Virus record (IMG/VR): IMGVR_UViG_3300046786_000599
From: an uncultured virus (IMG/VR IMGVR_UViG_3300046786_000599)
Taxonomy: Duplodnaviria > Heunggongvirae > Uroviricota > Caudoviricetes
Strand: one strand, 5' to 3'
Length of the DNA stretch: 64,000 nt
Of this stretch, positions 10,262-19,084 are shown in pieces. Positions within the stretch are counted from its first letter, which is position 1. The number at the start of each line of letters is the position of its first letter. The notes under the pieces were generated by a model, which was given only the letters and a program-made list of their open reading frames with translations, had not been told where the DNA came from and made no database searches. The position numbers were made by a program, and so were the translations under genes.

Positions 10262-10666
10262 ATGAATAAGACAGATAGAAAAAATAAAACCAACCTCGTT
10301 GTAACTTGGCCTGAACATGGTAAACTTTTTACCATCAAGGACCTGCTTGCTGCTAATCCAGAATTTGTTGAGATCACGCTTCGCGTGAGAGTTGACAAAG
10401 CGATTAAAAAGGAACGTACTGTTGCGGTGATTGGGTATAAGAACACTGGCAAGGGACGACCTACGATGATGTTAGCAATGGCTCCTATTACTCAAGAGTT
10501 TCTTGATGCTGCTTACGCCACTGGAATTCAAACACCTGAAATTAAGCCGATTGTTTCGGTTATCGATGTTACCACGCCGGTTTCTACTTCGGATACTCCT
10601 ACTGCTACAACCGACATTCCGGTTGACGCTACGGAAGCTATTCCAACCGTTGAGATTCCTGTTTAA
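10262..10666 (+). CDS. Hypothetical protein, possible winged-helix DNA-binding protein with Thr/Pro-rich tail
   Basis: FTIKDL..ITLRVRVDKAI..TGKGRP wing-like motif; GGAG SD upstream; own promoter and terminator. Confidence 0.5.
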   Translation: MNKTDRKNKTNLVVTWPEHGKLFTIKDLLAANPEFVEITLRVRVDKAIKKERTVAVIGYKNTGKGRPTMMLAMAPITQEFLDAAYATGIQTPEIKPIVSVIDVTTPVSTSDTPTATTDIPVDATEAIPTVEIPV

Positions 10667-10689
10667 ACCTTGGAAAAAAATACTTTTGG

Positions 10690-10718
10690 AAAAGAGAGCC
10701 ATCAGGCTCTCTTTTTTT
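10690..10718. terminator. Bidirectional rho-independent terminator
   Basis: AAAAGAGAGCC-ATCA-GGCTCTCTTTT hairpin with T tract, between convergent genes. Confidence 0.85.
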
Positions 10719-10995
10719 ATTCTTCTTGTCCTCTGGCAGTTTCTTTTTTGCCATCGTAAATGATTTTCTTTTCCCAATAACCAATTGCGTTCTTTTTGTA
10801 GTAGAATATGGTGACGCTTTTGGGTAAGTTTCGTATAACAGCATCGACAAGGTTTCTGCTTCCGACGACTAAAGGAGTTCCGTCATCAGCATCATCAAAT
10901 AATCCAAATGATGAAACAGAATATTCAAAATGATGATATAATAACGACCTATAATCAATAGGTTTAAATTTTGGTTTGACTTGTTTACCTGCCAT
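10717..10995 (-). CDS. Hypothetical protein
   Basis: 92-aa ORF ending at the terminator; ATATTTATG motif upstream on the minus strand. Confidence 0.6.
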   Translation of the reverse strand: MAGKQVKPKFKPIDYRSLLYHHFEYSVSSFGLFDDADDGTPLVVGSRNLVDAVIRNLPKSVTIFYYKKNAIGYWEKKIIYDGKKETARGQEE

Positions 10996-11015
10996 AAGTT
11001 AGAATGTACATAAAT

Positions 11016-12215
11016 ATGGGAAAAGAACATAAATTCTTCTCAAACGTAGGCGAGTTTGATTTTGAGGATGAACAAAAAAAGTTGGTTGTTAGTCTTGATA
11101 GGCTCAAATCCATGAGCGTTCAGGAGTTTACTTTTTACAAAAAGTGGGAAGAACTTCAACAGTTTAAAGATTCTGCTATTTTTACGGATGCTGAATCAGT
11201 TGAACGTCGTATATGGAGGATATTTGATGTTAACGATGAAGAATCCACTATTCAACAAATAGAAGATCTTGAACCAGAGGTCTTGTTTGTAAGAGAGGAT
11301 GATGTCAAATATTATAACGTGTGGAATACTTTGCGGTTATTTTGCCATACAATGGAATATAATCAAAATCCAGGTCGGTTTTTGAGGTTTTTGGTTTTAG
11401 ACAAAAAGACGAGAAAGTATCTTGGAGCAATGTCTGTTGCTTCTGATGTTATAGCAATAACGGATCGAGACGAATATCTTGGTTGGACATCGGATAATCG
11501 GTTAAAGGATAAAAAACTTGCTTATTCTGCTATTGGTAGTTGTATTATGGCAACGCAACCATTTGGGTTTAATTTCCTTGGTGGTAAGTTGATGGCCTGT
11601 TTGGTGACAAGCGAAATTATTAGAAATACGTGGGAAGAGTTGTATAATCAAAAACTTGTTGGTATGACCACAACGAGTTTATATGGTTCTTATTCCATGT
11701 ATAACGGAATTCCGTGGTGGCATAAGTGTGGTTCTTCATCAGGTAAAATCCTCATTAAGCCGGATCAATCGTGTTATGAAACCTGGCATCAGTGGATTAA
11801 GGACAATCGCAAGGAAGAGTATATCAAGACGATGACACAGAAAGAAGGTGTATCAGGTCCGGTGACAGGTGCTAAACTGAGAGTGTTGTCTATGATAATG
11901 GATTCTTGTGAAGTAAAACAGAAGAATTATGTTCATGGATATGAACGAGGGGTTTATTATAGTCCATTTTACATAAACACGAAAGAATTTTTACAGAATA
12001 AAATAACAGAAAAAGAGTTGATTATCCAACCAAGGATACAAGGAAATATACAATCCATAATGGACTGGTGGAAACCTAAAGCAATTAACAGATTTCGTAA
12101 GTTGTTTTCCGAGAATAATGTGAAGGATTCTGTGTTGTTTTATTTGCCGATGTGCAAGATGAAGTATGATGAAGCAAAATCAAAATATTTTGCTGATGTT
12201 GGGACAGGAAAGTAA
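11016..12215 (+). CDS. DUF4338/DruA-like (GNAT-related) protein, long form
   Basis: NPGRFLRFLV, DRDEYLGW, QPFGFNFLGGKL, TTTSLYG. Start chosen downstream of TTGACT-18-TAGAAT (10976-11005). Confidence 0.72.
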   Translation: MGKEHKFFSNVGEFDFEDEQKKLVVSLDRLKSMSVQEFTFYKKWEELQQFKDSAIFTDAESVERRIWRIFDVNDEESTIQQIEDLEPEVLFVREDDVKYYNVWNTLRLFCHTMEYNQNPGRFLRFLVLDKKTRKYLGAMSVASDVIAITDRDEYLGWTSDNRLKDKKLAYSAIGSCIMATQPFGFNFLGGKLMACLVTSEIIRNTWEELYNQKLVGMTTTSLYGSYSMYNGIPWWHKCGSSSGKILIKPDQSCYETWHQWIKDNRKEEYIKTMTQKEGVSGPVTGAKLRVLSMIMDSCEVKQKNYVHGYERGVYYSPFYINTKEFLQNKITEKELIIQPRIQGNIQSIMDWWKPKAINRFRKLFSENNVKDSVLFYLPMCKMKYDEAKSKYFADVGTGK

Positions 12216-12292
12216 AATAATTTGATTTGTGATCATATTTATGATAGGTTGGATAAGAATCAAAAAGAACATTAGAACCAACGGATAGTAAA

Positions 12293-12445
12293 ATGGGTAA
12301 GACATATAGAAGAAATCAGTCGTTTAAACCAAAAGGCAAAGACTTTAAGCGATTCAAACAATCGAACAAATTCAAGAAGTGGGATGAAAAACCTCATAAG
12401 TCATTTCGACCAGAAGACACTGTTGAAACAGTTATAGATGAATAA
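12293..12445 (+). CDS. Small basic hypothetical protein (50 aa, not in ORF track)
   Basis: MGKTYRRNQSFKPKGKDFKRFKQSNKFKKWDEK...; stop lies 3 nt before the next ATG. Confidence 0.55.
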   Translation: MGKTYRRNQSFKPKGKDFKRFKQSNKFKKWDEKPHKSFRPEDTVETVIDE

Positions 12446-12448
12446 AAT

Positions 12449-12754
12449 ATGATTGAATTAGTTATCTCAATTCTATCAGTAGTATTATCTTTATTGGTTG
12501 CAATAGTTGTGTATATTAAATTAAAGTCGATATACATAAATCTGTTTAACCTCTCTAGGGGATTAGATGTTTTGTTTGCAAACCAAGATAAGATTATAGA
12601 ATTGACTAAACTCAAGAGTTTCATACAATTGACCAATGAAGAAGGACAAGAAGTCAGAACCCAAGTCACTAAAGAAAAAGAAGTCTTTGGAAAAAGACCA
12701 ACAAAAGGGATTGTTCGACCATCTAAATCAGATACGGACAACGAAGAGTCCTGA
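12449..12754 (+). CDS. Small membrane-anchored protein
   Basis: N-terminal hydrophobic helix MIELVISILSVVLSLLVAIVVYI; overlaps the next gene by 119 bp. Confidence 0.55.
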   Translation: MIELVISILSVVLSLLVAIVVYIKLKSIYINLFNLSRGLDVLFANQDKIIELTKLKSFIQLTNEEGQEVRTQVTKEKEVFGKRPTKGIVRPSKSDTDNEES

Positions 12755-13154
12755 TTACTGGATCACGCTTTCTGACAAAGAAAAAAAGAACTTTAACCAC
12801 TGGATGATTCTTACAGGTTTGTCTCAGGACGAATCTTTAATTCCACTTTGTTCTAAACTTTGGAGAGAGGGGTATTATGACAAAATACCATCTCCGCAGT
12901 TTTACACTTTGTTATGTCAACTTGTTCCTTATTCTGAACGAAAGTTTGGTTGGAACAAAGCTAAGAAGAAAAACTTAGAGTTACTGGGATATATTGCTCG
13001 ATGGTTTTCTATTTCCACAAGGGAAGCAGATGAATATTTTTCTATTTTTATGTCAGACGAAACTGGAATGATTGAATTGGCTAAAATACTTGAGGGGTGT
13101 GGGTTAACAGATAAAGAAGCTGAACAGGTTTTGTTAGGAAAAGAAAGTGAATAA
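12636..13154 (+). CDS. Clamp loader small subunit (T4 gp62-like)
   Basis: GLFDHLNQI, FNHWMILTGLS, QFYTLL..VP..KFGWNK, IARWFSISTREADEY. Confidence 0.65.
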   Translation: MKKDKKSEPKSLKKKKSLEKDQQKGLFDHLNQIRTTKSPDYWITLSDKEKKNFNHWMILTGLSQDESLIPLCSKLWREGYYDKIPSPQFYTLLCQLVPYSERKFGWNKAKKKNLELLGYIARWFSISTREADEYFSIFMSDETGMIELAKILEGCGLTDKEAEQVLLGKESE

Positions 13155-13157
13155 GTT

Positions 13158-13805
13158 ATGATAATAATTGGAATTACTGGATTTGCTAGGACAGGAAAGG
13201 ATCTGTATTGTAATATTGCTAAAAACATCTTAACAATGAATGGATTACACGCAAAACGATATGCTTTTGCTGACGAGTTAAAATGGGAAGTGGAACCGTT
13301 TTTAAGAAATGTTTGTGGTGTAGATGTGTGGACAGATGATATTAAGGTTAAAACGGATATTCGTGATTTTCTTGTTTGGTATGGTACTACATTTTGGAGG
13401 AAACGTGAACCTCTTAGATGGGTTAGTCGAGTAGAACGAGGAATTAAGACTGACAATCATGTTGATGTTGCTTTGGTTTCGGACGTTAGATATCCAAACG
13501 AAGGACATTGGGTTCATGCCAATGAAGGATGGTTAGTACATCTTTCGAAATATACTAAAACTTCTCCGGACGGAGGAAGAACGTGGGAAAAAATTTATCA
13601 AAAAGCTCCTAATTTAGAGGAAGAAAAGAACGATCCAATAGTTAAAAAAATGTCCGATTATCAAATTCATTGGGAAGACATGTCAAACAGCGGACAAGTT
13701 AAAATTAATATGCCGGACCTTGTAAATAATATGTATCTTAGAGAATTTGTCTTTAAGAGTTTACAAGCATGTCCTTCATTGTCTCAGAAGCTAACACAAA
13801 TGTAA
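13158..13805 (+). CDS. Deoxynucleoside monophosphate kinase (T4 gp1-like)
   Basis: IIGITGFARTGKD, AFADELK, RDFLVWYGT, VSDVRYPNE. Confidence 0.88.
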   Translation: MIIIGITGFARTGKDLYCNIAKNILTMNGLHAKRYAFADELKWEVEPFLRNVCGVDVWTDDIKVKTDIRDFLVWYGTTFWRKREPLRWVSRVERGIKTDNHVDVALVSDVRYPNEGHWVHANEGWLVHLSKYTKTSPDGGRTWEKIYQKAPNLEEEKNDPIVKKMSDYQIHWEDMSNSGQVKINMPDLVNNMYLREFVFKSLQACPSLSQKLTQM

Positions 13806-14515
13806 AAAGTCCAATATATTTATTGGAATGTACAACTCCGTCTGAAAACAAGATTTTTAGAAGTACAATAGATACATATCATTCTTACGTAAAGTATAAA
13901 GATAGTCCTACCCGTAATATTCGTTGGTTAATCTACGAATCTATTACGGGTAATTTAGTTGGTGCGGTAGGACTTTCTTCGGCTACCATTGCTGTAGCAA
14001 AACGAGACGAGTGGATTGGTTGGGATAACGTAACCAAAATGCGTAATCTAGGCAAGACAGCAAACAATTCTAGGTTCTGCTTGATTCAAAAAAACTTTAC
14101 CATAAAAAACGTCGGTTCTCTAACATTAAAACAGTTGAGAATTCAAGGAGCAATTCGTTGGAAGGAACGGTATAACGAACCCTTGGTGTTATTGGAGACT
14201 TTTGTTCAACCGAGTAGAGACAATGAATACAATGGACATTCTACAAGAAACGGATCAATTTATCTTGCAGATAATTGGGTGGACGTTGGGATGACAGCAG
14301 GTTCAAGTATTCAGAAAACTCCACTTAAACTTTGGGCAAAAGAGAATGGAGAACGTGGTAGGTTAGCCAGAGAAAATCCCGAAGAATGCCTGAAAAGATA
14401 TGCTGGTTATCTCGGAGAACACAACGCTTCTGGCTTTAAAGTCACTAAAAGTCCTAAAAAGATAATCTTCCTTAAACCGTTAGTTTTTAATTGGAAAAAG
14501 ATATTAACTACCTAA
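13769..14515 (+). CDS. DUF4338/DruA-like (GNAT-related) protein, short form
   Basis: IDTYHSY, RDEWIGW, NNSRF, WKERY..LVLLETFV, GSIYLADNWVDVGMT. Confidence 0.78.
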   Translation: MSFIVSEANTNVKSPIYLLECTTPSENKIFRSTIDTYHSYVKYKDSPTRNIRWLIYESITGNLVGAVGLSSATIAVAKRDEWIGWDNVTKMRNLGKTANNSRFCLIQKNFTIKNVGSLTLKQLRIQGAIRWKERYNEPLVLLETFVQPSRDNEYNGHSTRNGSIYLADNWVDVGMTAGSSIQKTPLKLWAKENGERGRLARENPEECLKRYAGYLGEHNASGFKVTKSPKKIIFLKPLVFNWKKILTT

Positions 14516-14804
14516 AAATTGTTTTTACATGATGGATATCATCTATGTAGAAACTAATAGTTGTGTCTTGACATCCCAAAAATAAATGGGCTTTTACAGA
14601 ATCTATAGCTGCGAGAGATTCTCTGTAAATTCTATTACACTCTGCACTTTTATTTGATTTTTCTCTGTCGGTATTTCCTCCGCATACACACATGGAGTTA
14701 TAAGTCATAAAGCATGTAACTAATCTATCAAAAGATGGGTGTGCATGAATTATTTGTTTTATGTTTAACAAATTAACCATCTGTGTAAAGTTTCTTACAT
14801 CCAT
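14508..14804 (-). CDS. Hypothetical protein
   Basis: 98-aa ORF coupled to the upstream minus-strand gene; CVCGG motif. Confidence 0.55.
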   Translation of the reverse strand: MDVRNFTQMVNLLNIKQIIHAHPSFDRLVTCFMTYNSMCVCGGNTDREKSNKSAECNRIYRESLAAIDSVKAHLFLGCQDTTISFYIDDIHHVKTIFR

Positions 14805-14805
14805 A

Positions 14806-15138
14806 TTACATTAGTTTGACTATTAAATAATACAAAAACAACGAACACACACATACTATAGGAATGCCAACATTACTTATAAATAGACAAAATAGTATGC
14901 TTAACCACACTGAAAGACAAATTGGACAAGTTGTTAGTTTGGTAAAAAATCCATTTGGAAACTTTATTCTTAAAAATTGATGATAAGTTACTGTACAATC
15001 TTTTGTGTTTTTGAATTCTTCCCATTCTTGTACGTAAAAAAACTTGTCTAATTTAATCAGTTTAGTATAAACAACGAAAGCATCCGTTTTAAACCAAATT
15101 AGAAGAATTAAAGTAATTAGTAAAGTGATATAAATCAT
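14806..15138 (-). CDS. Small membrane protein with CPxC motif (DUF1360-like)
   Basis: TKLTTCPICLSVWLS plus hydrophobic helices. Confidence 0.6.
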   Translation of the reverse strand: MIYITLLITLILLIWFKTDAFVVYTKLIKLDKFFYVQEWEEFKNTKDCTVTYHQFLRIKFPNGFFTKLTTCPICLSVWLSILFCLFISNVGIPIVCVCSLFLYYLIVKLM

Positions 15139-15164
15139 ACGTATATATAGATTTTAAATTGGTT

Positions 15165-16469
15165 ATGATTACATTAGATAGAAGAAAAGAATTAATCCGT
15201 TCGTTTTTAGAAGAGGTTAAACAGGAAGAATTTGTACCACAATTCTGTCACAACCTAAAATCTAACAAATCCACTGTTTACTATGGCGGACCTCTTTATG
15301 ACGACGATGAACTCGTTGAAGCGATAGATACTTTTTTGTTTGGTAAATGGTTGGCAAGTGGAGACAAGGTTGCTAAATTTGAAAATGAATTTTCCAAAGT
15401 AATAAATCTAAAATATTCATTGATGGTTAATTCTGGAAGTTCTGCTAATTTAGTGATGTTAGCTGCATTTAAGAAGTTCTATAATCTTCAAAACGATGAT
15501 GAAGTAATTATATCTGTTGTTGGTTTCCCAACATCTCTCGCTCCAATAATTCAATGTGGGTTAACCCCTGTATTTGTAGATATTGAATTTGATACTTTGA
15601 ATTTCAATTTGGATGAAGTTTTAAGAAAAATCACAAGTAAGACTAAAGCAATTTTGCTTTCCCCTGTATTAGGAAACCCTCCTGATATGGATAAATTGTT
15701 GGAGATATGTAAAACCTACAATATCCATCTCTTGGTTGATGGATGTGATAGTTTGGGAAGTAAATGGGATGGAAAAAATTTAGCCGAATATGGTGAATTA
15801 GCCAGTTGTTCATTTTATCCAGCACATCATATTACTACAGGTGAAGGCGGCATGGTGTCTTCTAACAACGAAGAACACATAAATCTTGCTAGAAGTTTTG
15901 CCTGGTGGGGGAGAGATTGTTATTGTGTCGGTCAGAACAACCTTCTCAAGAACGGAACTTGTAACTGTAGGTTTAAACAATGGATTGACGAACTTCCTTA
16001 TCCTATCGACCACAAATATTTTTATACTAACGTAGGATATAACCTCAAACCTTTAGATTTGCAGGGAGCCTTGGGTCTTGCTCAGTTGAAGAAACTAGAC
16101 CAAATTCACAACTTAAGAAAGAAGTATAAAGGTGAGATACAGAATATACTATCAATTATAAAGGGAATAAAATTTCCAACTTGGTATCCTAAATCAGAAG
16201 TGAGTTGGTTTGGTGTTCCTGTCATTTGCGATTCGATGGAAATAAAGACTAAGTTAGTAAATTACTTAGAAAATAACAGAATTCAGACAAGAAATTATTT
16301 TGCTGGTAATATTCTTGTTCATCCTGGGTTCAAAGAATATGGGAACTGGAAGGAGTATCCAAATGCCAACCAGGTTCTTGAAAAGGTGTTTTTCATTGGA
16401 TGTTCACCAACTATGACTGAAGAAAACGTTGAATATATTAGAGGCGTTGTTAAAAAATATGAATACTAA
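15165..16469 (+). CDS. rfbH: NDP-4-keto-6-deoxyglucose 3-dehydrase (RfbH/DdhC, E1)
   Basis: VNSGSSANL, SFYPAHHITTGEGG (His at the PLP Lys position), WGRDCYC..TC Fe-S motif, DHKY. Confidence 0.88.
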   Translation: MITLDRRKELIRSFLEEVKQEEFVPQFCHNLKSNKSTVYYGGPLYDDDELVEAIDTFLFGKWLASGDKVAKFENEFSKVINLKYSLMVNSGSSANLVMLAAFKKFYNLQNDDEVIISVVGFPTSLAPIIQCGLTPVFVDIEFDTLNFNLDEVLRKITSKTKAILLSPVLGNPPDMDKLLEICKTYNIHLLVDGCDSLGSKWDGKNLAEYGELASCSFYPAHHITTGEGGMVSSNNEEHINLARSFAWWGRDCYCVGQNNLLKNGTCNCRFKQWIDELPYPIDHKYFYTNVGYNLKPLDLQGALGLAQLKKLDQIHNLRKKYKGEIQNILSIIKGIKFPTWYPKSEVSWFGVPVICDSMEIKTKLVNYLENNRIQTRNYFAGNILVHPGFKEYGNWKEYPNANQVLEKVFFIGCSPTMTEENVEYIRGVVKKYEY

Positions 16470-17394
16470 AGATTTAGTCAAAAAGTGGGAAAAAACAGGA
16501 TTGTTTGATGGTTTAAAAAAAGAAAGTTCTAAAATGGCAATCCTAACCGAATCTCAAAGCAAAAAATTAATGATTGATAAGATTGATGTTTTTGGTTCAA
16601 CAGGATTCATCGGTTCACGATTTTGTGAATTATATTCTGATGAAGTCGTTCGTATTTCTAGGGAATGTAATATTCCTGATAACAAGGATGTTCTCTATTT
16701 GATTTCAACTGTAGATAATTATAACGTATTCACAGACCTTCATGTAGACATCAATACTAATCTAAACAAATTGATGGATGTGTTGGAAAATTGTAAAGAA
16801 AAAGATTTGACGTTTACTTTTGTGAGCAGTTGGTTTGTTTATGGAATATCAACTACAATACCTGTCTCCGAATTTCAACCTTGTTTTCCAAAGGGGTTTT
16901 ATTCCATTACCAAACTTGCTGCTGAACAATTGGTGGAATCGTTTTGTAAAACGTTTAAAGTTAAATACAGAATATTTAGACTTTGTAATGTATATGGCCC
17001 TAATGATAAAGGTAAATCCAAAAAGAAGAATGCTTTACAATATTTGATTGATGAAATGAAGAAAGGAAACGAAATCAATCTTTATCACGGCGGATATTTT
17101 GTAAGAGATTACATGCACGTTGATGATGTTTGTAGAGCGATGAAACTATGTATGGAAAAGGCTCCTACTAATGATGTAATAAATATCGGAAGCGGAGAAT
17201 CTGTAATATTTAAAGATTTGATTGATTTTGTTGCTAACGAAGTTGGTTATAAAGCAAAAATCAACACTGTTGAACCAACAGAGTTTCACAAAATTGTTCA
17301 AGTAAAGGATTTTTGTTTGGATAGTTCTAAATTACAAAAGTTGGGGTTTGAAAAGAAGATTTCTATAAAGGAAGGATTGAGACAATTGTTATGA
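16459..17394 (+). CDS. NAD-dependent sugar epimerase/4-reductase with 37-aa capsid-like N-terminal extension
   Basis: GSTGFIGS, SSWFVYG, YSITK, RDYMHVDD. SDR domain begins at internal ATG 16570. Confidence 0.8.
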   Translation: MNTKDLVKKWEKTGLFDGLKKESSKMAILTESQSKKLMIDKIDVFGSTGFIGSRFCELYSDEVVRISRECNIPDNKDVLYLISTVDNYNVFTDLHVDINTNLNKLMDVLENCKEKDLTFTFVSSWFVYGISTTIPVSEFQPCFPKGFYSITKLAAEQLVESFCKTFKVKYRIFRLCNVYGPNDKGKSKKKNALQYLIDEMKKGNEINLYHGGYFVRDYMHVDDVCRAMKLCMEKAPTNDVINIGSGESVIFKDLIDFVANEVGYKAKINTVEPTEFHKIVQVKDFCLDSSKLQKLGFEKKISIKEGLRQLL

Positions 17395-18245
17395 TTTTAC
17401 TTATAGGTTCAACAGGTTATATTGGAAGTGAATTTACACGTCAACTTACTGAAAATGTAGAGGATTTTCGGACAGTAAGTTATTCAGAGGTTCTAAAAAA
17501 TGGGTTTGAGTCTTATTTAACCGGAGTACGACTTGTGATTAATGCATCTGGATATACAGGAAAACCAAATGTAGATAAGGCAGAAGAAGAAAAAGATAAA
17601 TGTATTCTAGGCAATATTGTAGTTCCGATGAAATTAGTTGAATATTGCAGTAAAAAAGACATATTATATGGACATGTTTCTTCTGGATGTATCTATACAG
17701 GTAGACGTAAAGATGGAAATGGATTTGAAGAAACAGACGAACCAAATTTCACTTTTAAACACAATAATTGTAGTTTTTATAGTGGGACAAAAGCAATGGC
17801 GGAAGATTTGGTAAAATTTTACAGAAACAGTTGGATATGGAGGTTAAGAATACCATTTGACGAAGAAGACGGTCCTAGGAACTATTTAAGTAAATTGTTG
17901 AAGTATAACAAATTAATTGATTATGAAAATTCTATTTCCCACCGCAAAGAATTTGTTACTGCTTGTCTTTTAACAATACAAGAAAACGCACCATTCGGTA
18001 TATATAACGTAGTAAACACAGGAACAATTACTACGAAACAAGTTACAGAATGGATTAATGAATATTTAGATCCAAAAAAAGAGTTTGAATTTTTTGAATC
18101 GGAAGACGTGTTTTACAAAACCGCAGCAAAGGTTCCTCGTTCGAATTGCGTCTTAAGTAACAAAAAATTGTTAAGACTGAAAATTCCTATGAGAAGTGTA
18201 GAGGATGCTATAATTGATTCGCTTAGACATTGGAAAACTGTATGA
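17391..18245 (+). CDS. RmlD-like / NRS-ER bifunctional 3,5-epimerase-4-reductase
   Basis: GSTGYIG, GYTGKPNVD, HVSSGCIY, FYSGTK, WRLRIPF. Confidence 0.8.
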   Translation: MILLIGSTGYIGSEFTRQLTENVEDFRTVSYSEVLKNGFESYLTGVRLVINASGYTGKPNVDKAEEEKDKCILGNIVVPMKLVEYCSKKDILYGHVSSGCIYTGRRKDGNGFEETDEPNFTFKHNNCSFYSGTKAMAEDLVKFYRNSWIWRLRIPFDEEDGPRNYLSKLLKYNKLIDYENSISHRKEFVTACLLTIQENAPFGIYNVVNTGTITTKQVTEWINEYLDPKKEFEFFESEDVFYKTAAKVPRSNCVLSNKKLLRLKIPMRSVEDAIIDSLRHWKTV

Positions 18246-19084
18246 AAGGTATTATATTAGCAGGAGGAAGTGGGAGTCGGTTATATCCACTGACTATATC
18301 ATGTAACAAACAGTTATTACCGGTTTTTGATAAACCGATGATATATTATCCACTTTCTACTCTTATTAAACTTGGCATTCGTGATATACGAATCGTTTCT
18401 AGTTTGGAATATATGCAACGATATGTTCAGTTGTTTCAAACTGGAGAGGATTTGGGGTTAAACATTACATATGCTGTTCAGATGAAACCGAGAGGGCTTC
18501 CGGAAGCATTTATTCTTTCTGAGGATTTAATGGATGAATCAGTTAAAGAAGATATTGTGATGGTTCTTGGCGATAACATTTTTCACGGAAACATTCCTGT
18601 GGTGGATTGTTGTCAAATTTATGCTTATAAAGTTAAGAATCCTTCGGATTATGCTGTTGTAGATTTTGATGAGAACATGAAGGTGACTTCATTAATAGAA
18701 AAGCCTAAAGAACCAAAAACGAGGTATGCTGTTCCGGGTCTTTACAAACTTGATCAACGTTCCGCCAAATTTTCTAAAACGCTTCATCCGTCAGTTAGAC
18801 GTGAATGGGAAATAACAGATTTGTTAAAGTGTTATATTAATAGAAACGAAATGAGTCTGTCTATTCTTGATGAAGGGTTTGTGTGGTTAGATGCTGGTAT
18901 GCCATCTATGCTTTTTCAAGCATCTGCTTATGTTCAAACTATTCAAGAGAGAACAGGTAAGAAGATTGGTTGTATTGAAGAAGATTGTTATAAACATGGT
19001 TTTTTGACAAAAGAAAAGTTAAAGGAATTGCTTTTAAAAATTCCTAAAGGAGAATATAAGGATTATTTGGAGAATTTGTTATGA
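18242..19084 (+). CDS. rmlA: Glucose-1-phosphate thymidylyltransferase
   Basis: MKGIILAGGSGSRLYPLT, KQLLPVFDKPMIYYPLS, LGDNIF, EITD, WLDAG. Confidence 0.93.
   Translation: MKGIILAGGSGSRLYPLTISCNKQLLPVFDKPMIYYPLSTLIKLGIRDIRIVSSLEYMQRYVQLFQTGEDLGLNITYAVQMKPRGLPEAFILSEDLMDESVKEDIVMVLGDNIFHGNIPVVDCCQIYAYKVKNPSDYAVVDFDENMKVTSLIEKPKEPKTRYAVPGLYKLDQRSAKFSKTLHPSVRREWEITDLLKCYINRNEMSLSILDEGFVWLDAGMPSMLFQASAYVQTIQERTGKKIGCIEEDCYKHGFLTKEKLKELLLKIPKGEYKDYLENLL

Noticed and set aside
11016..14515. Druantia defence system
   Set aside because: Only DruA/DUF4338-like genes are present; no DruE helicase or other Dru genes in the window.
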